Origin: Octopus sinensis
Taxonomy: Eukaryota
DNA length: 64,000 bases
Reading direction: 5' to 3'
Assembly (NCBI RefSeq): GCF_006345805.1
Contig: NC_043004.1
Coordinates: 65,968,001-66,032,000, forward strand
The position numbers were made by a program, and so were the translations under genes. Below, one piece after another: positions 55,045 through 64,000 of the stretch; position 1 is the first letter of the stretch; the number at the start of each line of letters is the position of its first letter. Under the pieces are notes generated by a model. That model saw nothing but the letters and a program-made list of their open reading frames with translations, was not told the origin of the DNA and ran no database searches.

Positions 55045-55458
55045 GGGCAATCCAATAAAAAATATTCTATGAAAATGACGTTTTAACCAAAGGGAAATTA
55101 CTTTGTGATAGACCGTCGTTAAGGCAAAAGAGCTATTAGAATGACCGGTAAGTAAGGGAAATGAGTAAAGGTAAGGGAGTAAAAATGTTCGTAGTAATCG
55201 CGTAAGCGCGGATGTTCGTATATACATATGCGTACCCACACACCAGAGGACATTCACCTATATGTATATACTCCTCCACCCTCACTTGAAACACACACAT
55301 GCTCACCTACACATCCGCCAAAAACTATATACATCCCCACATCCACGCTCGCACACACTCGCGCATAAAAAAGGTTCATCTACACGTATATATACGCACA
55401 TGCACAAGAAAGAACAGGACTAAAGGCAAAATACTCACGCATAGACACACACACACAT

Positions 55459-55534
<76 letters not shown>

Positions 55535-55881
55535 GTGTGCGTGTGTGTGTGCATGTGTATGCGTACATGCATAGAGGTATAACAGAACTAAGCATATTTG
55601 ATAATACTTACATTTTCGTATATTGTCATAAGGAAAATACGTGAACAATTATTCTTCGAATTCTATACCAAAAGTAAATTTCTCGAGCGTATAATTACCG
55701 GCTTTGAAGTATAATCTAATCCAACTAGTAAACCTTTGGTGAAAAATCTGAGGCGAATATAACAGAAGAAAAAAATATAAGCTCACGCGAAATACGAGGT
55801 AAAAACTTAGGAAAAGATTAAGAAATATTGCATATAAGCACATACGCAAACGTTTTAGGTATATAGTTGCGTACAAACACA

Positions 55882-55949
<68 letters not shown>

Positions 55950-56717
55950 TATAATATATATATATGCATAGTGCGTGTATGTGTATACATACATACATAC
56001 ATACACACAACAACATACATAGATACATACAGTAAAATTATGATATTTGAGTCATTTGTCTTGTTGACCCCCTTAAGACATGATTAAATTTTAATTATGA
56101 TTTATGAATTCTGTCTTTCATATATATTTTTTTAATTTTCACATTGAAATAATTACAATTTTCAGACACATTAATTAATATTTTTTCTTTTAATTTTTTC
56201 CTTAGTTCTATTTATTTATTGTATTTTATTCATAAGTTTGGTTTATCTATTTTTTTCCAACATGATTTCGGTTACCTTTTTCTTTGTAATATTACTTTTC
56301 TACTGAAAACAAAACTAAAAGTAATAATGAATAAACCAAATGAAAAAAACAAAAAACAAAAAAAAACGTAAAATTCAACTTGTCAATGTTAAGTTTAATT
56401 TATAGTAGATAATGCAATTAAATTTCTACTGAAAAAAATATGCTGCCATTAATCACTTTCAAATGATATATTTTTCTTTGTTTCTCTTAGTGTTTTAGAG
56501 TCTATATATTTAGTTAGTAATAATATTGTCTGTAATGACTTTTTTTTCTAAAATTATATACAGGAACAAACTGGTCGCAAGGAGTCGAAAGTGACACAAA
56601 ACAGAATATCTACACAAGTGAACAGATGCAAGCATACACAAAGAAACACAGGCGAATATTGTCGTGGTTAACTTATTCCTAAAGTTATATAGCAGGCGAA
56701 TGCATTTGCGCATGCGC

Positions 56718-56765
<48 letters not shown>

Positions 56766-56829
56766 GCATATGAGCATATCTGTACAAAGACACACACGCG
56801 TGCAGACGCATATGTGTTGTTATATATAT

Positions 56830-57178
56830 ATATATATATCTGAGATCCCCTTCCGTCACGACAAAGACCATGGGATTGCACCTAGAAAGTTAGCCTCCCA
56901 GGCACAAGTCCGAGCATGGTTGTTTATGGAAGGCCAGCAGTCACCCATGCATACTGGCCTCCCCTCTCCATGCCACCAGTGTTATCCAAGCGAAAGGCAA
57001 ATGCCGGTGCATTTTGGCACCTGTAACGTCGCAACACATTTCTACAGGTGAGTGCACTGGGGCAACGTCAAGTAAAGTGTCTTGCTGAAGAACACAACAC
57101 GCAGCCCGGTTCGAGATTCGAACTCACAATCTCAGGATCGTAAACTCAACGCTCTAATCATTGAGCCACGTGCCTTCA
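56830..57178 (-). mobile_element. SINE family D, full length
   Basis: tRNA-like head tgaaggcacgtggctcaatgattagagcg; tail gaccatgggattgcacctagaaag on the plus strand. Confidence 0.8.
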
Positions 57179-57215
57179 CACACACATACACACATACACA
57201 AACTCACACACACAC

Positions 57216-57264
<49 letters not shown>

Positions 57265-57310
57265 TATATGTATATACATATATATGTGCATATTATATAT
57301 ATTGTATATA

Positions 57311-58599
57311 CGAGGGGCGTTCTATAAGTAATGCCCCTGACCCACTTCCCATAGCAGTAGAGCAACGAAACTTGGCACAGTTATTCATCTTTTTCTACAT
57401 AGGAACCACCCAGAGTTACGCATTTCTCCCATCGGTTGATGCAGCTCTGACGACCGTTTCTGTAGAAGACACCAGCTTGGTCCTCCAGCCACGACGTGAC
57501 TTCAGAAATCAAGGCTGCATCATCTGGGAAACGCTTTCCTTTCAAAAACAAATTCATGGCTGGGAAGAGGTGAAAATCAGAAGGTGTAAGGTCACAAGAG
57601 TAGGGGACATGGGGGAGGAGTTCATAGCCGCACGCCTGTCCTTCTGATCTGGCGACACGCGAGTTGTGGACCGGAGCGTTGTCCTGCAGGAGGAGGATGC
57701 CTTTGCTGATCTGGCCCCGCCTCTTGATTTTGATAGCTTCTCTTAATTTCCTCAAAAGTGAAGCATAATAGGCTCCTGTAATTGTGGCACCATTTGCCAG
57801 GAAATCTGTCATCACTACTCCGTCCTGGTCCCAGAAGACTGTGAGCATGACCTTGCCAGCGGAGGGCTGCACCCTTGCCTTCTTTGGAGGAGGGGAGTCA
57901 CGTGCTTCCACTGCATTGACTGGGCTTTGGTCTCTGGATCATAGTGATGGACCCAGGTTTCATCCTGTGTAATCAGTCTTTTGAAAAATTTTGACTCATC
58001 TTATGGCACATCTCCAAATTCATCCTCGAGCAATCGACGCGTTCTTGCTTCTGGAAAGATGTGAGCAACCTGGGAATCCATCTGGCAGACACCTTTTGCA
58101 TATGCAAATGGTCATGAATGATAGTTTCCACAGACCCAGTACTAATCTTGACCTCATGGGCTATTTCGCGAATAGTTATGCGTCGATCTTCCAAAATGGC
58201 AGCCTCAACTTGACGGACAGATGCCTCATCAATGGCAGAAGGGGCGACCAGATCTGGGAGCTGTTTCCACAGAGTTCCAACCATGTTTGAATTCACGATG
58301 CCTGCGTTTTACAAGGTCATATGATGGGGCATTATTACAATAAGTTACTTTCATTTCATCAAAAGTCTCCCGTGGTGTGCGTCCTTTCAAATACAAAAAC
58401 CGGATCACTGCTCGACATTCAACAGACTCCATTTCACACTTGACTCAGTTCAAACACCTGTAAATCAGAAACCACAATTAGTTTAGAGCTGTAATTTGCC
58501 ACTTAATCTATAGTGATATAAGTAATTGCACATGCAAAATGTCAGCTAGATCGAACAACCTCAAGTGGATCAGGGGCATTACTTATTGAACGCCCCTCG
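57311..58599 (-). mobile_element. Mariner transposon (irritans/Hsmar2-like), full length 1289 bp
   Basis: 37-bp TIRs cgaggggcgttc(t/a)ataagtaatgcccctga(c/t)ccactt with 2 mismatches, TA TSD on both sides. Confidence 0.95.
57381..58432 (-). pseudogene. Mariner D,D34D transposase in three frameshifted pieces
   Basis: MESVECRAVIRFL..., RWIPRLLT, TQDETWVHHYDP, QDNAPVH then 34 residues to the D of PSDFHLF. Confidence 0.92.
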
Positions 58600-58623
58600 T
58601 ATTTTATATTATATACATATATA

Positions 58624-59460
58624 TATAAACTGCATCGAACACATTGCCACAAACCAGTGTAAACTTAATTGCAGAACTTGAGGTAATCCAACGAAATTAC
58701 ACGGAGAAGGTAGCTTCTTTCAACATATGTGCTGTTGGGAAAGATTGAATTTACAATTTTATCCCTGGAGCATTGGCCGGTAAGGTATGCCATAATATAC
58801 ATCTGGAAAATCCTGGATTGACTTCTCCCAACATTAAACATTATATATATATGTATATATATATATATATATATAATATATATATAGATATACCTATATA
58901 TATATGTTGAATTGAACTAGTTCCAGCTCACAAGCTGGGGTTGCTATCTAGTTTCTATTTCACTAATTCTTTTAGAACTTGACATTTGGTACATGACGGA
59001 GTCTCACGCCGCTGCACTCATCTGCACTTCCTGTTTTGTATTTTAAAAGATGTATGATTCTTGACAGCAAAAGATCTAGAGACATCTCCATGCACTCTAT
59101 GTAGGTCTCTCGGGTCTTTCTGGAGCATATAGAAGAGCTGTGGGCCTGTAAATCTCAGAGTACTGAAATATCCCGTCCTATACTTTCATGGCAAAGTTGG
59201 AGACCTTGGTACTCCGTAGTGACGCCCTCTTCTCTCAATTTCAAAGGTTGGGAGAAGTCTATTCAGGGTCTTCCAGATGTACATTACGGCATTTCTTTCC
59301 CTCCTACGCTTCAGGGAATAAAATTGTGATATCTGGACTCTTTCCCAACAGCACATATGCTGCATACAAGCTACCTTCTCCGTGTAGTTTCGCTGGATTT
59401 CCTCAAGTTCTGCTATTAAATTTACACTGGGTAGTGGCAATGTGTTCGATTCAGTTTATA
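58624..59460 (-). mobile_element. CR1/L2-clade LINE 3' fragment (58905-59460, minus) with an inverted copy of its 5' part (58624-58832, plus)
   Basis: LEEIQRNYTEKVACMQHMCCWERVQISQFYSLKRRRERNAVMYIWKTL resembles the CR1/L2 LE.VQR...ERL..L.L.SLE.RR motif; about 210-bp arms at roughly 80% identity. Confidence 0.75.
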
Positions 59461-59471
59461 TGTATGTATGC

Positions 59472-59518
<47 letters not shown>

Positions 59519-59537
59519 TAGATAGATAGATAGATAG

Positions 59538-59804
59538 ATATCAATAATTGAGGGTAAAATTAATTAGTTATTAATCAATTTCACCAAGTAGTGTTCAGTA
59601 TGTAAAAGGACCATTTAGGTGTATTCAAAATATTACATTATATAATTAGGGCTTAGTAAAATAAATTACTTTGCCACATACTGAAATTTTTTTCTTAAAG
59701 TAGTGGAAATAGCTAAAAACCTTTTGGCTGCTATTTCTAAAAATTTCAGTATGTGGCAAAGTAATTTATTTTACTAAGCCCTAATTATATATATATATAT
59801 ATAG

Positions 59805-59882
<78 letters not shown>

Positions 59883-60393
59883 ATATATTATATATATTAT
59901 ATTATATATATATATATATACATATATATTTAATATACATATACATATATATGCATATACATACATACATATATATAAATTATATATTATATATATTAGG
60001 GCTTAGTAAAATAAATTACTTTGCCACATACTGAACTTGCTAGAATAGCAGCCAAAAAAAGTTTTTTTGCCATTTCCACTACTTAAAGAAAATTTCTCTC
60101 AGATAATGTTTACTCAAAATAACTCACGAAGGTATGGAGGTAAAAACAGAAAAATATCACAAGTACAAAGATTATTTGAGAACGTTAACGTTTCTAGATT
60201 AGCCAAATAAACTCAGCATTTCTTTCGTCAGCTCAACATTTCTTATTTTGGATTTGGAAGCACTAAAAAGAAAGATACTAAGCCTTAATTATATAATGTA
60301 ATATTTTGAATTCGCCTTAAATGGTCCTTTTACATACTGAATACTTGGTGAAATTGATTAATAACTAATTAATTTTACCCTCAATTGTTGATA
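59538..60393. mobile_element. Rearranged Penelope-like pseudo-LTR foldback with a hammerhead-like motif at about 60172-60238 (minus)
   Basis: Outer inverted arms 59538-59660 and 60277-60393; inner palindrome 59641-59790; ttgag-CTGACGA...GAAA-cgTT-(aacgtt duplication)-ctcaa. Confidence 0.65.
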
Positions 60394-60939
60394 TATATAT
60401 ATATATATATATATATAATAAATCACGGCAAGCCACGCATGACGAGCAAAGCGGTAGTCCTCAATAATACACTTGGGAACAGAGGACTATTTTCATATAA
60501 TGATTACTGTAGGGAGACTTACATTGCATACTTTAAGTTTCTTTCACAACAGTCTGCTGATCAATACACGTCATTAGTTCCTTTATGCCCGATGTGTATA
60601 GCCCCATCGATCTCAATAATACAGTAAAAAAAAAGACATCGTTGGAATGAGAAAATTTTCCCCGGTTAATTGTATCGTTCAAGAGGATCAGCTGTAGTCT
60701 CATTGAAAGAATGTGGAAAATATCTCCATTATGCGATGATTAAAATAATGTATAGACGCAGCATTATGGTAAGAAGTTTGCTTCCGAACCACATGGATCC
60801 GCATCCATTCCCACAGCATGGCGCATTTAGCCATCATCTTCTCTTATAGCATAGGACGGACCAAAGACTTGTGAGTGGATTTGGTAGAAGGTAACTGAAA
60901 GATGCCCGTTGTATATATGTATATATATCTATACTCCTA

Positions 60940-61100
60940 GACGTAGGAGTGGCTGTGTGGTAAGTAGCTTGCTTACCAACCACATGATTCCGGGTTCAGT
61001 CACACTGCGTGGTACCTTGGGCAAGTGTCTTCTACTATAGCCTCGGGCCGACCAAAGCCTTGAGAGTGGATTTGGTAGACGGAAACTGAAAGAAGCCCGT

Positions 61101-61164
<64 letters not shown>

Positions 61165-61410
61165 CATATATACGTACGTGCGTGTATATGTTTATATGTC
61201 TGTGTTTAACCCCGAACATCGCTTGACAACCGGAGCTGGTGTGTTTACGTCCTCGTAACTAAGCGGTTCGGCAAAAGAGAACCGATATTATAAGTACTAG
61301 GCTTACAAAGAATAAGTCCTAGGGTGGATTTGCTCGATTAAATGCAGTGCTCTATCATGGCCACAGTCAAATGACTGAAACAAATAAAAGAGTAAAAGAG
61401 TAAAGAGTAT
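60940..61410 (+). mobile_element. SINE family A, full length (decayed neighbours at 60760-60910 and 61440-61640)
   Basis: Complete head to tail. Confidence 0.9.
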
Positions 61411-63289
61411 ATCTATGTGTGTGTGTGTGCCTGTGTGTCTTTGTGTCTGTGTTTGTCTCCCCCCACCTCTTGACAACCTGTGTTGGTTTGTTTTCATCAC
61501 CCAGAATTTAGTTGTTCGTCAAGAGTCCGATAGAATAATTATCAGGCTTTAAAAATGTATCGGGGTTGATTCGTTCGACTAAACACTCTTCAAAGCGGTG
61601 CTCCAACATGGCTATAGTCTAATGACTGCAACAAATAAAATAAGAAAATATAATAAAAATTATAAGATACGATAAAATATATATTTAAAAACACACCCAA
61701 AGTTAAAATACGCAGTTCGAATTGTCCGACGTAAATCTTTCAACATCGTGTGCAATTGTCACCAAATTCGAATGAATAAAACAACTTATAATATAAAACA
61801 AAATTAGAAAAAATACTCCTACTTTAGTAATTTTATCTGTTTTGATGGAAGGTTAGGGTTGTGAACAGAAACGTTGTGAGAACACGGTCCGATATGCAGA
61901 TCCATTATTGATATAAAAATCCAGCTTTATATTATAAAAAGGTTTGTCAACTGTTATTTATGGTAGTGGAAAACGGAATCAGTCTTCCTCCAGGCTAGGG
62001 AAAGCTGCATTAAGCTTAGGAAACTGAATTATCTTTTTGCGCAAACTAATCCTTATTTGTCTTTTCGTCTTAAGTCTGCATGCGTATCCCATTTATGCTA
62101 TTTCTATTTGTCTGCCAGCATTTTGTTACCTGATGGTAAAATTTATAAAATATATGCAAAAAAAGAAGTTCTGCATCTAGAATAAGATGAAATCCTAACA
62201 AGGTATAATCTGTCGATATATGTGTAATACTGAATAAAATGGCGGAGCATGACATCTCAGAGTTTCGAGAATAATTTTTCAATGTATGAAGAATTGTAGT
62301 TATAGTTTATTGGAATTTGTGAAGGCCAATTTGAGGCTGTGTATAATACACGCATTACTCAAAACAACCTAAAGAACGACATAAGAATGCCATGTAAATT
62401 TGTAATGTTTGGGAATAGCTAGTGTATATATTTTTATTCCTGATTGAGTGGGAATGCAGTGCATGTAACCTTTTACAGACATTTTAGTTCTCTGGCAGAT
62501 AGGTAGAGAGGAAGCTATACTCGAACTAGAAACCAGATCAAAAGGATTACAACATGTCGATTTCCTTTAAAAGTACCTAAAATAACAGTTCGTAGCGGCC
62601 GAGCGACCTGCGGAATAAATCTACCACCTAAACAAGCCCTGGCGGTATTTGGACTAGTAAGGTATGGAGGCGAAACATGGTAGCCTGCGGTAGTCGATCT
62701 GATAGATTTACCGTTCCCTAAGCCTAAACCTCACCCTAATCTAATGTGAGAACAGGAGAGGAAAAGTGGGTCTCCGCAGGATTTCAACTGAGAGCAAGAT
62801 ATCTGGATGAAATACTTGGTGACATTTTATCCAGTGATGTAACGACTCTGGAAGTACTCAAATGTTGATAAGATGTCTGAAAAATGAATGACTTCGCAAC
62901 TATTCATGCATTTTCTAACCGAAGTGGAATAAATACAGAGAGAAAAATTATTGCTCCAAATTTATTCAGTGACGGAACATAGTAGATATTATTCTGAAAT
63001 TAATCCAAGTCGTTCGTTTTACCAATATCTACCAATACTCTTTGAGGAGAATATTATGAAAAAAAAAAAAAAATACCAGTGATTTACACGCACAGAAAAT
63101 AATTGGTTGCATAATATTTGATTTAATACGATATCTCATATCTTCATTTAATAATAAAGTAGCTTGTTGTTATTTGACATAGCAGAAGTGTGTACTCGTT
63201 TGTCTCGCTCAAGGAATGTGATTCGTACTTCTTTCATTAGACAGCAGAACGATGTCAAAGACAACGTTTGTGAGAACATAAATTGTTTG

Positions 63290-63810
63290 TTCCCTCTCGA
63301 GCTACGACTGGCTCATAGGGGCCGGTTTCCCGGTTTCCTTGGCGTATAGATTCCCCAACTGGACAGGACGCCGGTCCGTCGCAGGTGAGCTACAAGATGC
63401 AGGAGGAAAGAGTGAAAGTTGTGGCGAAATAATCAGTAGAAGTTCGCCATTACCATCTGCCGGAGCTACGTGGAGCTTAGGTGTTTTGCTCATAAACACA
63501 CACATCGCTCAGTCTGAGATTCAAACCCGCGACATCTTGAGCGCGAGTCCGCTGCTGTAACCACTAGGCCATGTGCCTCCACGAGAACATAAATACATAT
63601 AACAAAATACCTTGAGTTATCTTACGCACTAACATTATACCCGACTGCAAGCCTAATTTTAATAATAGTGACAATAATACAGCTATCGCGATTTACATAT
63701 CTGTTATTAGATGTTTCGCTCACAAACACACACATCACTTGGTTTGAGATTCGAACCCGCAATCCCTCAACCGCGAGTCCGCTGCTCTAACCACTTGGCC
63801 ATGTGCCCCC
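63290..63810 (-). mobile_element. SINE family C full copy (63290-63585) plus a second head (63710-63810)
   Basis: Minus-strand head tggaggcacatggcctagtggttacagcagcggactcgcg. Confidence 0.8.
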
Positions 63811-63856
63811 ATCTGGTGACTGATACATGTGACTAAATACGTGTTTAAATCTGATA

Positions 63857-64000
63857 AGGCGGCGAGCTGGCAGAATCGTTAACACGCCGGGCCAAATTCT
63901 TAGCGGTATTTCGTCTGCCGTTACGTTCAGAGATAAAATTCCGGCGAGATCGACTTTCTCTTTCATCCTTTCGGGTTCGATAAATTAAGTACCAGTTACT
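63857..64000 (+). mobile_element. SINE family B, runs off the window end
   Basis: aggcggcgagctggcagaatcgtt...tttcatcctttcgggttcgataaattaagtaccag. Confidence 0.85.

Noticed and set aside
62580-62760. GC-rich hairpins and a cctaa-like motif (Helentron- or telomere-like)
   Set aside because: No matching second terminus and no true tandem telomeric repeat.

Overview
This is eukaryotic, AT-rich, repeat-dominated DNA with no convincing host protein-coding exon. The SINE families, Penelope-type motifs and microsatellite load look like an octopus (coleoid cephalopod) genome; that assignment is pattern recognition, not a database result. Nearly all ORFs in the supplied track are translations of (AT)n, (GT)n, (AAT)n or (ATCT)n. 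Supported content: about 30 copies or fragments of at least four tRNA-derived SINE families, two full-length decayed mariner elements with TIRs, a Tc1 relic, a MITE, a Helitron helicase relic plus a complete 315-bp non-autonomous Helitron, CR1/L2, RTE and Penelope remnants, a 3.4-kb AAT-type array and a 100-N gap. Most interesting: (1) a 1.92-kb ORF1-only (CCHC zinc-knuckle) retroelement inserted with a 16-bp TSD in the tRNA-like head of a SINE, with a second independent junction at the same nucleotide of another SINE copy, which suggests a SINE-targeting retrotransposon; (2) a 379-bp rod-like foldback with a type I hammerhead ribozyme at its apex, resembling a retrozyme or viroid-like RNA; (3) about ten hammerhead-like motifs of unrelated families, one with a compensatory G3:C8 core; (4) recurrent short local inverted duplications.
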